Notes: generated by a model from the sequence alone, not told the origin. Counted from the stretch's first letter, positions 30,128 to 44,575 are shown. The stretch: 64,000 bases of DNA from Eledone cirrhosa (GCA_964016885.1 OZ024756.1:31620001-31684000); one strand, 5' to 3'. Numbers and translations: made by a program.

Positions 30128-30871
30128 CATACATACATACATGGTGGCTGCCAACTCGTTTTCGAGTACGGCCACTACTTTATATCCATGTAGGAGAACC
30201 CATACCGATGCGCTGAACGAGTGTGACTTTTTAGTCCAGCCAGCGACTACATACATACATACATATATATATGTACATACATGGTGGCTGCCAACTCGTT
30301 TTCGAGTACGGCCACTACTTTATATCCATGTAGGAGAACCCCTACCGATGCGCTGAACGAGTGTGACTTTTTAGTCCAGCCAGCGACTTGAAAACTCTGG
30401 TACAAACACTACACTTGTGACAATTATTGACACATAGTGCTTTACCTTTGGTACCATGTGACGACAAGTGCAGAGAGATCTCCAGATATAAAGCAATGCC
30501 TGTGCCATGAAGCTTTTATAGTGAGCAAAGGCACTGCACAAAGCCAGTCCCACTCTCTTAACCAAGATGATATTTACCAAAAAGAAGAACAAGTCAACAT
30601 CATTGGATACCATCAGGGTTGCAGGTGTTATATCAGAGTCTGCCTTGACAAAGGCTAAGGGGTCATCTCTCCCAGTGATTTTGGATGGCCATTGACTCTT
30701 AAGAGCTCCTTTGCCCTTTGACAGGTTTTGTTTTTAGTCCTGCAGGATGTCCAAAGTCACCCTCCTCACCAAGAAACCTTGGTGGGGTTGCCAGTTTAGT
30801 CGCCAACGACCCGACCATGAGACAGGTTGTACTGGGATACATGTTACCAGTAGCACCAAGTGGTGACCTGA
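28965..30871 (-). mobile_element. Tandem array of four RTE-derived non-autonomous retroposon copies separated by (TACA)n
   Basis: Copies at 28965-29308, 29543-29886, 30140-30248 and 30280-30871 (full length, 18-nt deletion). All share the same 3' end joined to a (TATG)n tail. Confidence 0.85.
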
Positions 30872-30889
30872 CATACATACATACATACA

Positions 30890-30920
<31 letters not shown>

Positions 30921-30934
30921 CGACAGTCGATCGA

Positions 30935-31092
30935 CTTTCGTCAAATCGGACCGAGGAAACAATGTTTCCGTTGGTCTTTCCAATTTGTAATAATATCTAT
31001 CGGTGGCAGCTCCAGGTAGAAGGAGCAACGTGAAATAAAGTGTTTTGTTCAAGGATATAACGCATCGCCCGGTTCAGGAATCGAACTCACAA
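30935..31092 (-). mobile_element. SINE family 2 copy
   Basis: Reverse complement of 1793-1951. Also shared with ~56445-56560. Confidence 0.7.
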
Positions 31093-31133
31093 TCTATCTA
31101 TTTATCTATCTATCTACCCCCCCCCCTCTCTCT

Positions 31134-31198
<65 letters not shown>

Positions 31199-31229
31199 AG
31201 TATGCTTGAAGCATTGTTGAATAGGAAAC

Positions 31230-31397
31230 ACAAAATTAAATAATTTTGAAAACCATACAATGCACTAGAAAATTAAAATTGCTAAGATCACAATAGAATT
31301 TTATCTTAGCAAATTTGCTAAGGTAAGATTCTATTGTGATCTTAGCAATTTTAATTTTCTAGTGCATTGAATTGTTTTCAAAATTATTTAAATTTGT
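31230..31397. repeat. Spacerless ~165-bp palindrome in a (TA)n-flanked island
   Basis: Centre ..cttagcaaa|tttgctaag.. with near-perfect arms. Confidence 0.9.
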
Positions 31398-31524
31398 ATA
31401 TATATACTGTATATATATATATATATATTGTTATACTTGGGGAGGGTCATATTTGTGTAATATTGCTAGAATTAATAACAGAACACACTCACTGTTTGGT
31501 TGGTTTTCGCTTTTCGCTTCTGTG

Positions 31525-31596
<72 letters not shown>

Positions 31597-31819
31597 ACTG
31601 TCCCTCTAATCTTTTCAATAATGTCACTTTGACGAATCAAAGAAAGGAAAAAAAAAGAGAAAAACAGACCCTTAAATATATTTTCCGTGCTATTTACATA
31701 TTTACAGTTTCACCCTCTCTCTCTTTCTCTCTCTCTTTCTCTTTCTCTCTCTCTCTCTCTATCTCTCTCTCTCACTCTCTCTCTCTCTATATATATCTAT
31801 ATATATATATCTATATATA

Positions 31820-31927
<108 letters not shown>

Positions 31928-32373
31928 GTATACCTCGAAGTTATAGCAGGTACTAATAGACAGCTATATCGAGAATGGAATAATCCGCTATTATTTGGGT
32001 AAGATGCGTGAAGCTTGAAGTCGACACCATGCAGGAATCAAAGATGTATAAGTGTACTTTGAAGGGTTACAAAACTGGTTTGAGTACTCAACGTTAATAC
32101 TAATGTTGAATTCTACGTTTGGCGTATGTATATAAAGGTTAACTCATTGCTGTTGTAAATCAACAAAGCTGGAAAGCATATAATTCTTCAAATCATTTCA
32201 TTCTCTTCTCTTCTGTTTATTCATGTTTTATCATTTTTACTACCTCTAATTAAATTACAATGTTTTGAAAACAATTATTAAACAATTTCAGGTGAAGACA
32301 TTGAATCATTCTTCAATGGCGCTTAATTCTTCCACGTTAAATATATTTATATATGTATATGTGTGTTTGTATT

Positions 32374-32708
<335 letters not shown>

Positions 32709-32823
32709 AATACACACACACGCACACATATATTTATATATGTATGTAGATATATATATATATGTATATGTGTGTATATATATACACACATATATATGTA
32801 TATATGTACATATATACATACAA

Positions 32824-32861
<38 letters not shown>

Positions 32862-32945
32862 ATATATATACAAACATACACATATATCTATCTTTTTATC
32901 AATTATTTATATATTTATACATTCATTCCGGCTTATTATTTATAC

Positions 32946-33068
32946 AGCGAGTCCTCAGGTATGTCTACGATGAGAATTATTAGCGTCTCTTCCTCCATCT
33001 TAATAATATGGCTGACTATCTCACTTCCGGCGATGTATTGATATTCATGAGATTGCGGAAAAAGTAAT
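32946..33068 (-). CDS. Candidate coding exon (LLFPQSHEYQYIAGSEIVSHIIKMEEETLIILIVDIPEDS)
   Basis: 40 open codons in unique sequence with acidic/aliphatic composition. AG and GT boundaries are weak. Confidence 0.3.
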
Positions 33069-33701
33069 CTAAACCTTCCTATTCTCCGCCCCCCCCATTA
33101 AACTTTAAACTACACCCGTCCATGACCACTCTGTAGTAAATTGCTAGATAAATGGACCCCAGTTGGTTTAGACGATGACTCTTAGAGTTGTTCAGTCCAG
33201 GGAATTGTTTAATTCATATATTAACCTGTAACTCATTGTGTACTCTACAGGCACGTGTACTCTGAGAGATTCAGCATTAGTCTACGTATGCTAGGGCTTG
33301 CCGTTTGAATTACAGGTAGAGTCCATTTTGTATTATAGTGTAAGTGATTGAGAATTCCACAGACACGTGTACCTGGACATAATTTTCTTAGAGATTCAGC
33401 GTATGGCAAGGTTTGTTGTTTGGATGACGAGTATAGTCAGTCTCGTATTTTAATGTGAGTGATATTCAGCGTGACACCAGTACCACCACCAGCAGCAGCA
33501 GCAGCAGCAGCACCGCCACCGCCACCAATACCCCCCCCCCCCATCACCAACAGCACCAGCATCACCACCACCACCACCAACAACAACAGACCCACCACCA
33601 ACACCATCACCAGCAACACCACCACCACCACCACCACCACCACCACCACCACCACCACCATCAACAGCAACAACAACAATAGCTCCACCACCACCACCAC
33701 C

Positions 33702-33732
<31 letters not shown>

Positions 33733-34394
33733 CTAACACCAACACCAAAAACACCAACAACAACACCAACAACATCAACAATAGCTCCACCACCACTACG
33801 ACCACCACCACCACCACCAACAACAACACTAACACCAACACCAACAACACCAACACCAACAATCAACAATAACAACAACAACAAACATCAACACCACCAC
33901 CACCACCACCACCATCAACAACAACGAAAACATCATCAATAAAAACATCACCAACTACATCACAACCACCACCACCACCACCACCACCACCACCACCACC
34001 AACAACAACAACGAAAACATCAACAACAAATTGGAAAACGGAAAACATTGAAAGCGAAAGTAGAAAAAGGAATTTGATTGGCTAAATGTTCACTGCTGTT
34101 TACGACAAACTGAAGATTGCGTTGTGGAATTAAATGTTGTTGTTTTGTTTGTTTTTGTTTTTATTTTATTTTGTCTTGTCGTTATCGTTGTTGTTGTTGT
34201 TGTTGTTGTAGTTGTTGTTGTTGTTGTTATATATTTTTTGGTGGAAGATAGATTGTTGCCTGGTTAAACTACAGACCTTCGTCTTACTACGACGAGTGTC
34301 GGACCTAATCAAGGTTCCCAAATATTTTGATTGCTTTTTCTGGAAGCAAAATGCGTGGACGAAAACGAAGCAAGCACACGAAAACAGTTTTAAG

Positions 34395-34437
<43 letters not shown>

Positions 34438-34526
34438 TGTTGGCTTTTGGTTGCCATAATTTCTATACTTTTCATTTATATATATATATATACATATATA
34501 TGTATATATATGTATATATATATATA

Positions 34527-34666
<140 letters not shown>

Positions 34667-34776
34667 TACATACACATATATGTATATAGGCTGCGAATTG
34701 ACAGAGTTGTCAGAATGTCGGATAGAATGCTTTGGAGTATTCTCTGCTCTCTGTCTGTCTATCTATTTATCTATCT

Positions 34777-34948
34777 GGTGGCGCCTCCCCCCTATTGGGG
34801 ATTTCGATTGTTGAAATTGTTTGTTTTTATATTTTTTACACGACTGTATGTAAAATCCCCGGCATGTCTTTGTATTGTCCCCTTTCTTGTTGCGCCCTTG
34901 TGGCTAATAAAGAAATCTATCTATCTGTCCATCTATCTACCTACCTAA

Positions 34949-35010
<62 letters not shown>

Positions 35011-35308
35011 GGCCACAGGCAGTTTTATGAAAGGTGGGTGATAGTAGCGAGAATGGCTCGTGTAAATGGGCCTTCTCTGTATACCATCCTGTAGGTAAAG
35101 AAGTAAAGGAGAGGGGAGCACCTCTCCATGTGCTCCCCGGGCAAAGGATTGCACACTTTTTCGGGGGTGTGTGCAACCCCCATCACGTCCCCTCCCTTTT
35201 GAGGTTATTTTCGATTATTTTCATGTTACACCCTTTTTACTCGATTATATGTAAACTCCCCCTTTGTATTTGTCCCTTCTTTTTATGCCTTTATGGTAAA
35301 TAAAGAAA
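34777..35308 (+). mobile_element. Two 5'-truncated Tx1/L1-like LINE 3' ends in (TCTA)n
   Basis: 34777-34915 and 35008-35308. Both end AATAAAGAAA-(TCTA)n. The second encodes LGHRQFYERWVIVARMARVNGPSL. Confidence 0.65.
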
Positions 35309-35349
35309 TCTATCTATCTATCTATCTATCTATTTATCTATCTATTTAT

Positions 35350-35521
35350 GGCGGTGGATTGGCAGTATCGGTAGAAGGTCGGAGTTACTGCCCTTTATGA
35401 TCTGAGTTCAAATCTCGCCGAGGTTAACTTTGCCTTTCATCCTTATGGCGGTCATTAAAATAAAGTACCAGTAATGCACTGGGTAATTGCTGGCCTTGTG
35501 CCTAAAGTAGAAACAATTATT
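35350..35521 (+). mobile_element. SINE family 1 copy
   Basis: Aligns to 10590-10775. Confidence 0.85.
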
Positions 35522-35619
35522 AATAAAGAGATTTATCTATCTATTTATATGTCTGGCTGTCTATCTCTCTAGCTATCTATATAAAGAAACATATCTCTCT
35601 AGATATCTATATACCCACC

Positions 35620-35969
35620 TCGGAAGAAGGATCAGGATGGAGAGAGAAGTGCTTGGCCCCAGACAGTTTTATGAAAGGTGGGTGAAAGAAGCGAGAATGG
35701 CTCGTGTAAATGGGCCTTCTCTCTACATTGTTCTGTAGGTGAAGAAGTGAAGAGGAAAGGGGGAGCGCCTCCTCTCTGGGCTTCCCCCGCGAAAAGGGTT
35801 GCACACTTTTCGGGGGTATGTGTAATCCCCAACACGCCCCCTCCCTTTTGAGGACTTTTTATTATTATATTATTCTTATTGTTATGCCTTTTTCTTTACT
35901 CGCATTTATGTAAACCCCCCCCTGTGTATTTGTCCCTTTCTCTTGTGCCCTAGTGGCAAATAAAGAAAT
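35620..35969 (+). mobile_element. Tx1-like LINE 3' end (ORF2 C-terminus plus 3' UTR) with 17-bp TSD
   Basis: Encodes RRIRMEREVLGPRQFYERWVKEARMARVNG (R.R.E......F..RW, as in L1/Tx1 ORF2 ends). TSD atatctatatacccacc at 35603-35619 and 35970-35986. Confidence 0.7.
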
Positions 35970-36005
35970 ATATCTATATACCCACCCCTCTCTCTCCATC
36001 TATTC

Positions 36006-36038
<33 letters not shown>

Positions 36039-36254
36039 CCCCCTCTCTCTCTATCAATCTAGTCCCCCTCTCTCTATATATCTTATTACTTACTCAGGCA
36101 CCCTATCCTTTCTAAGATAGTGAGTTTTACCATAACAACATTTAACACATCTTATATAACTGAAGCTAATCAACAAACAAATTAACAGATTATAATTTTA
36201 TTTCAAAATATCATCCTTCAATCACATCTTCTACACACACACACACACATACAC

Positions 36255-36620
36255 ACACACACTGAGATATACACACACTGAGACAGACACACACACTGAG
36301 ACACACACACATTGAGACACACACACACAGACACACACGCACACTGAGACACACACACTGAGACACACACATACACAGACACGCACACTGACACACACAC
36401 ACATATTGAGACACACGTACACTGAGACACACACACACTGAGACATACACGCACACTGAGATACATACACACACAGACACACACACACTGTGACACACAC
36501 ACACACACACACACACACTGTGACACACACACACTGTGACACCCACACACAAACACACACACACTGACACACACACACACATTGAGACACACACGCACAC
36601 TGAGACACACACACACACAC
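36255..36620 (+). repeat. CA-derived minisatellite punctuated by ctgag/ctgtg
   Basis: Repeating acacacac-tgag units of about 16-22 nt. Confidence 0.85.
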
Positions 36621-37776
36621 ACAGATACACACATACTTACTAGCACGCACACACGTTCAAGTGCTCACATACATACACATACTCAAGCACTCACATACAT
36701 TTACACTCCACTACACATCCACTCACAGGCATACAATCATACACACACATTTTCACTTATACTCACACACACAGGCGCACATACATATTCCCATACAGAC
36801 GTACACATATACTTACTTCCTCTCACACTCTTACACACACACTCTCACACACACTCACATACACACACACACACACATACAGACGCATTCAGTCACTGGC
36901 GTTCCCACAAAGGTGCGCATACATACTCACGCACAGACGTACACACATAGTCACTCACACACTCACTGTCTCTCACACACACACACACACACACACACGC
37001 TCATATACACACGCCCTCAGTCACTCTCATTCACACACGCACACATATAATATATGCTCACATAGACACGCACCCTGTCACTCTCATTCACGCAAGCGCG
37101 CATACAGACACACACATCACTCACAAACACCCACATATACACACTCATAAACACACACATACACCACCACACTGTCATACACCACCACACTGTCATACAC
37201 CACCACACCGTCATACACTACCACACTGTCATACACTACCACACGTAAGAACTTCAACACACAAGAACTTTATTTAGTACAACAACAAACAACAACCAAG
37301 CCGAACGGAAATAAAACACAGACGCGATGTCTGTTCTATGGAACCAAATTCTAGAGTCATTATAAAAACTTGCTAAAAACGATAATTTAAAAACAACAAC
37401 AACGCCATCATCAACAACAACAACAAAAATTAAAAAAAAATTGTCATTTTAACAACATTTTAGCAACACAAGAAGTAAAATTAGGTTTAATTATATCTCA
37501 TGAGAAAATATATTAAAACTGGGGAACATTCTCCTGAGAAAAATGTTAGTATACGAAATTACGTTTTATTTTATATGAGAAGCTTAAGATACAATAGTGG
37601 TTCTTCATTTAGACACCAGGACAGTTAATTTGTTGGGTGGGGGAAGGGAAACTGATTAAATCAACTTCATTATTTGATTGCTTCTTTATTTTATCGATGC
37701 CTGGTCCTGGAAGAATGAAAGGTAAAGTTGACCTCATCGAGATTTGACCTCAGAATGACAAAAGCCAGAACAAATA

Positions 37777-37945
37777 CAGTCCTGTCAACTTTCCTCGTCC
37801 GTCAGGGAGATCTTCCACCCCCTTTGGGGTGGGTGAGAGATGTCATTATGAAAATCTACCCATTTTGCCTCATTTTTCCCCGTTTTGGGGGCACTTTATT
37901 TTATATGGTACTCTCCGTTTGGGTTTTTAGAGGTTGGCAGGTCTG
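37777..37945. mobile_element. hAT-like MITE nested in a minus-strand SINE (~37612-38000)
   Basis: TIRs cagtcctgtcaac / gttggcaggtctg. Flanks caaata(c) / caaacac. SINE sequence resumes after it. Confidence 0.6.
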
Positions 37946-38266
37946 CAAACACTATAATGACATTTTATCCGACGCTCTACCAATTTTGCCAATCCAGCGC
38001 TCTACAATACTTGCCTGGGTTTTATTTTAATGACCTCGGGAAGATATAGAGTAAAGGAGAAGTAAAATTATGTTTAATTATATATTATGAAAAAAATATA
38101 TTGAAAAGTGATTCAAATATGACAGTGATGTATTGGTATATTAAAATATTCAACATATATGTAAATAAAAACATTACTCACTATACACAATAGTGTTACA
38201 TTGAATATTCAAGTGTCTTTTGTGGTTATGAAAACAGCATTTTCCTTAGTAATTGCTACTATATGG

Positions 38267-38481
38267 TTTCTTATATAGGCACAGGGCCAGTAATTTTGGA
38301 GGAGGGGGACAGTCGATTAAATCGACCCCAGTGCGTGACTAGTACGTTATTTTATCGACCCCGTAAGGATGAAAGGCAAAGTTAATCTCGGCGGGATTTG
38401 AACTCAGATCATAAAGGGCAGTAACTCTATGCTGCAAAGCATGGCGTCCGACCGTCTACCGATACTGCCAATCCACCGCCC
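38267..38481 (-). mobile_element. Full-length SINE family 1 copy (long 3' variant)
   Basis: Reverse complement of the family consensus. Confidence 0.85.
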
Positions 38482-38791
38482 TAGTAATTGTTAATATATA
38501 AAGCGTTCTTACATGAGACGCTAAAGTATAAGAACACTCTTTAGAAACCGTTTACCTTGCCTAGCGTTTGGTAACCATATTTCTAGTGAGACAAATAATT
38601 TCGAAAATATTCAAGAATTTGGTGTTGGTGGTGGTAGTGGTGGTGGTGGTTCCCCCCGAAAGGTTTTTTTGGAGTAACGTTACTACTCGATAGAGTGCAT
38701 AACTCAGTGATCAACTTCGAATCACGCCGAAGTCAACTTTGATCATTTCATCCTTCCGAGCCGTTAAAATAAAGTATCAGTAAAGTACTGA

Positions 38792-39173
38792 CAGGACAGG
38801 ATTTACACCTCGTGTGTGTGTATGTGCGTATGTGTGTGTGTGTGTGTATGGGATGTTATGTGGATGTTGTGTGTGTGTGTGTGTGGGGGGGGGGGGGTAT
38901 CTTCAGGTTTGGGGGTGCCCCCTTACAAAAAAAAAAAAAAAAAAATAGAATGCACAGAAAACCTCCAATTTTACATATCAAAGTCAGTTTGGCGCACGTA
39001 AAGGTTATATATACATACAGGTGTTAAATTTGAAAAAAATCTAAAAATTCTAAAACTAAAAAGCCTAGCAGAGGGCACAAATAAATTGGTATGGCAGTCG
39101 CTGGTGCCCTACCCACTACAGATGACCCGGGGAAACTGCTCTCTTTGCCCCCCCCCCGTTAAATCCGGCCCTG
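38792..39173. mobile_element. DNA-transposon MITE nested in a SINE (~38700-39260)
   Basis: TIRs caggacaggattta / taaatccggccctg. The SINE 3' part continues after the insertion. Degenerate 8-bp TSD agtactga / aatattgg. Confidence 0.6.
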
Positions 39174-39519
39174 AATATTGGGGTTGATTAAATTAACTTT
39201 GGCTTTCCCCATAAAAAAAAAAAAAATTTGCTGGCTTTATGCATAAATTACAAATCATGTGGTGCCCCAGCATGGCCTCAGTGCCTCGGCTGGGACGCAA
39301 ATAAATAAATAAAATACATTTATATTAATGACTAGTAATAAAGGAATATAATGTGATTCCCCAGTGTATATTTCATATATTATCCACCTCGTATACGCAT
39401 ACAGTTATATTTTCATGCTATACTTAATATAAAGATATTTAGCTGCAAAAGTTTGTATGTTTATGGATATCATCATCATCATCATCATCAGCATTATTAT
39501 CATTATCGTTTAACGACAG

Positions 39520-39598
<79 letters not shown>

Positions 39599-39682
39599 CA
39601 TATATATACATATGTATGTGTATATATAAACATATATATATATATGGATATATGGATGTTAGTCTATGTGCTTGTGGTCTTG

Positions 39683-39738
<56 letters not shown>

Positions 39739-39874
39739 CGTGTGCGTGCGCGCGCTTGTGTGTGTGTATCTATATGTATATATATGTATATACACACATT
39801 TACATGCATACATAGATACATATACATCTGAATAAATCCATACACACACACACAGACATACACACATACACACT

Positions 39875-39963
<89 letters not shown>

Positions 39964-40298
39964 GAATACACATATGTATATAAAACATATATGGACATCC
40001 ATGGAAAAGAACCATAATAATTTACTAAGACATAAATTTCGACAAACTTATTCATACTCCTCATCAATCCAAATGAAATAAACACAAAAAACCCCCCACA
40101 AAAAATAGAGAAAGAAGAGGAACTAAAAGCCACAAAACCACCCCCTTTTGCTTCTTCGACATAGACTCTTTCTTCAGTTGAGCTTGTTAATTTCTCAATT
40201 GGAAATGATGGGATATTTATGAGAGACAATGAATTAACACATACACTCAATATACACACACACATCTCTCTCAACCCCTCTCTCTTCTCGCTCTCTAG

Positions 40299-40352
<54 letters not shown>

Positions 40353-40395
40353 ATAATGATAGACGCTGAGAACAATAAACTATTAATGGCATTAC

Positions 40396-40447
<52 letters not shown>

Positions 40448-40512
40448 GTAGCTACATATAGTTAATTATGAGTACATACGCACACACACACACACGCACA
40501 CACACACACACT

Positions 40513-40544
<32 letters not shown>

Positions 40545-41471
40545 CATATATATATATATATCCTATCATCATCATCAAATGTATAAAAAACTATATCAGC
40601 AAAAATCGGGAAAGTTAATTGAAACGTACAGAAAGATAAGAAACACAATAAAACAGGAAAACCCTGACAAAACGCACACACACACACACACGCATACACA
40701 CTCATACATAGACACGCACACTCACATACACACACAGACACGCAAACACACGCATACACCTATACACACACACACAGACACGCACACATAAGCAATAATC
40801 AAAATTCTAAACAAAGCAAAAATAGTCGCGTGAAAATGGAAAAAAAATAGGAGAGATAAAAAAAGAGAAGTTCGTGCACTCAAACACAGACAGAAGCATA
40901 GAGAAATAAGAAGGAGTTTTTTTTTGTATTGAAAAATTGATTAGCTGTTTCATAAATATATGAACTTTGCCGTTTATCCTTTCGTGGTTGATAAATAAAT
41001 TACCAGTCTACAGGCGGAGGAGGGAGGAATTCCTGGAGATTGTTAAACAGTTGGATAGGATGTTTTTGCTTCCTTAGATATTCTAATCACATGTCCATAG
41101 TATCGGAACTGTGATCTTTCGGTTACGGAGAAATAGCGGCCCTACTTGTAACGTTAATCCAAAGACCTTTCGGAGGAACCCCATTTTGGCAGCTTGTATT
41201 CGCGATCGTTTTCTTTCAGTAACTACCCAAGTTTAATGACGATAGATCATGGAGGTTATGAACACCGAATTGAAAATAGCGAGTTTGGGTTTTATACATA
41301 CCTCAATTCTTTTGATTACCGAATGCTGAAGCTGGCTCATTACGGGCAAAGCCAACCGACATTAGACCCGGAGGTAGACAACGAGCAAGATGGATGGTGT
41401 AACATCTATGAGCTCGGATGGACGCGCTTGGGTGTCCAGCTAGAACACTTCAAGAAGAAGAAAAATACAAA

Positions 41472-41610
41472 AATAATTGTTTCTACTTTTGGCACAAGGC
41501 CAGCAATTTCTCCAGTGTATTACTGGTACTTTATTTTATCGACCCCGTAAGGATGAAAGGCAAAGTTAACCTCGGTGGGATTTGAACTCCGATACTGCCA
41601 ATCTACCGCC
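41472..41610 (-). mobile_element. SINE family 1 copy (internally deleted)
   Basis: Core and both ends present. Confidence 0.8.
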
Positions 41611-42504
41611 AGAAACAGAAAAAAATAATAAGAAGGGATACTTGTTGTGTTAGAAACAACCACCAAGTTTTAAAGATCGATATGGTCTTTTAAGCGTTCA
41701 TTTATTGATTTTTTCAGTTGCTTTAACTGGGACCACACCACCCCACATTACACAATATCACATGACAACACACTACACCATACCAAACCACAAACACACC
41801 ATACTCAACCACACTACACTACACCTTACAATACCACACTACACCACACTACACCACACTTTACCACACCAAACACACCACACTTTACAACACCAAACAC
41901 CACACCACACCACACCACACCACACAGTACCACACTATACCACACTTTACCACACTCCACCACACCACACCAAACCACACCATACCTCGACAACAAATCA
42001 CATAACACCACCACACCACACCACACCAACAGAACCTATCACATGATATCACATCACGGGATATCCCCGAGACAGTTTGTTGATGGAGCGTGACATTGTT
42101 AGTGGTTGTAATGTGGGTGGTAATATCGATGGTGGTGGTGTTGGTAGTAGAGGAAATTTACTATTTACTACGAGTTACGCTTTGCCCACCCCACACCTGT
42201 CAGGGTCGACAACCCCCACCTCCCAGAGGTAATAATTTAATTGGAAAAAATATTTCGGAATAACCAATTTGTTAATTTGACAAAGTAAATTCGTCAGGAT
42301 TCAATCAGCAGGAAAAAGAAAAAGCCCATAAGACGAGTTGAAGGAAGTTGTTGTCTTTAAGGGCCCAGGGTGGGAGTGGTGGTAGTTGGAAGAGTCATTT
42401 TTATCAATACAACCGCGGGGCAGCAACCAACAAACTTCAATTAGATATTTATTTTAAACGAAGTTAATGAGTAACAGTTATATAAAATAAAATTACACAC
42501 ACAC

Positions 42505-42619
<115 letters not shown>

Positions 42620-42642
42620 TATGTATATATGTTTATATTTAT

Positions 42643-42728
<86 letters not shown>

Positions 42729-42997
42729 ATGTGTGTTTGTGTTTCTGCGTGTGTGTATGTGCTTGTGGTGTGTGAGTGAGTGTGTGTGTGTGCGCGTGTG
42801 TGTGTGTGGTATGTGAGTATATGCGTGTGAGTTTGTGTGTATAAAGTAACACATCGTATTTGGAAGGAATTAAGACGGATCTATCTTAACATTGCTTGCT
42901 TGATATATCTTTTATTCTTCCACCATTAACATGTATGTATGTATGTATGTATGTATGTATGTATGTATGTATGTATGTATGTATGTATGTATGTATG

Positions 42998-44222
42998 TCA
43001 GGTCACCACTTGGTGCTACTGGTAACATGTATCCCAGTACAACCTGTCTCATGGTCGGGTCGTTGGCGACTAAACTGGCAACCCCACCAAGGTTTCTTGG
43101 TGAGGAGGGTGACTTTGGACATCCTGCAGGACTAAAAACAAAACCTGTCAAAGGGAAAAGGAGCTCTTAAGAGTCAATGGCCATCCAAAATCACTGGGAG
43201 AGATGACCCCTTAGCCTTTGTCAAGGCAGAATTCTAGGAGAAGGAAAACTCTGATATAACACCTGCAACCCTGATGGTATCCAATGATGTTGACTTGTTC
43301 TTCTTTTTGGTACATATCATCTTGTTTAAGAGAGTGGGACTGGCTTTGTGCAGTGCCTTTGCTCACTATAAAAGCTTCACAGCACAGGCATTGCTTTATA
43401 TCTGGAGATCTCTCTGCACTTGTCGTCACATGGTACCAAGGGCAAAGCACTATGTGTCGATAATTGTCACAAGTGTAGTGTTTGTGCCAGAGTTTTCAAG
43501 TCGCTGGCTGGACTAAAAAGTCACACTCGTTCAGCGCATCGGTAGGGGTTCTCCTACATGGATATAAAGTAGTGGCCGTACTCGAAAACGAGTTGGCAGC
43601 CACCATGTATGTATGTATGTATGACTGGTGCTACTGGTAACATGTATCCCAGTACAACCTGTCTCATGGTCGGGTCGTTGGCGACTAAACTGGCAACCCC
43701 ACCAAGGTTTCTTGGTGAGGAGGGTGACTTTGGACATCCTGCAGGACTAAAAACAAAACCTGTCAAAGGGCAAAGGAGCTCTTAAGAGTCAATGGCCATC
43801 CAAAATCACCGGGAGAGATGACCCCTTAGCCTTTGTCAAGGCAGAATTCTAGGAGAAGGAAAACTCTGATATAACACCTGCAACCCTGATGGTATCCAAT
43901 GATGTTGACTTGTTCTTCGTTTTGGTACATATCATCTTGTTTAAGAGAGTGGGACTGGCTTTGTGCAGTGCCTTTGCTCACTATAAAAGCTTCACAGCAC
44001 AGGCATTGCTTTGTATCTGGAGATCTCTCTGCACTTGTCGTCACGTGGTACCATGGGCCCAGCACTATGTGTCAATAATTGTCACAAGTGTAGTGTTTGT
44101 ATCAGAGTTTTCAAGTCGCTGGCTGGACTAAAAAGTCACACTTGTTCAGCGCATCGGTAGGGGTTCTCCTACATGGATATAAAGTAGTGGCTGTACTCGA
44201 AAACGAGTTGGCAGCCACCATG
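42998..44222 (+). mobile_element. Two head-to-tail ~610-bp RTE-derived bipartite retroposons
   Basis: 42998-43607 and ~43625-44222. The 5' part has the RTE 5'UTR-type motif tctaggagaaggaaaactctg. The 3' part encodes the C2H2 finger CSVCARVFKSLAGLKSHTRSAH followed closely by a stop, typical of RTE ORF ends. (ATGT)n tails. Confidence 0.85.
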
Positions 44223-44371
44223 TATGTATGTATGTATGTATGTATGTATGTATGTATGTATGTATGTATGTATGTATGTATGTATGTATCCATGTATGTA
44301 TCTATGAATGTGTGTATGCATGTAAATATATAAACATACATACAAACATTTTCACACACACACACACATAC

Positions 44372-44479
<108 letters not shown>

Positions 44480-44575
44480 GCATACACGCACACTCACACT
44501 TACATATATATATGCACATATATGCGCACACCTTCACAGAATCAAATACACAAACAAATTTATTCATACATATTC

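Noticed and set aside
29056-30658. Repeated 70-160 aa ORFs (MVSNDVDLFFFLV..., MLGPWYHVTTSAERS...) as a small-protein gene family
   Set aside because: They are incidental frames inside the RTE-derived repeat. Only the short zinc-finger frame has recognisable ancestry.
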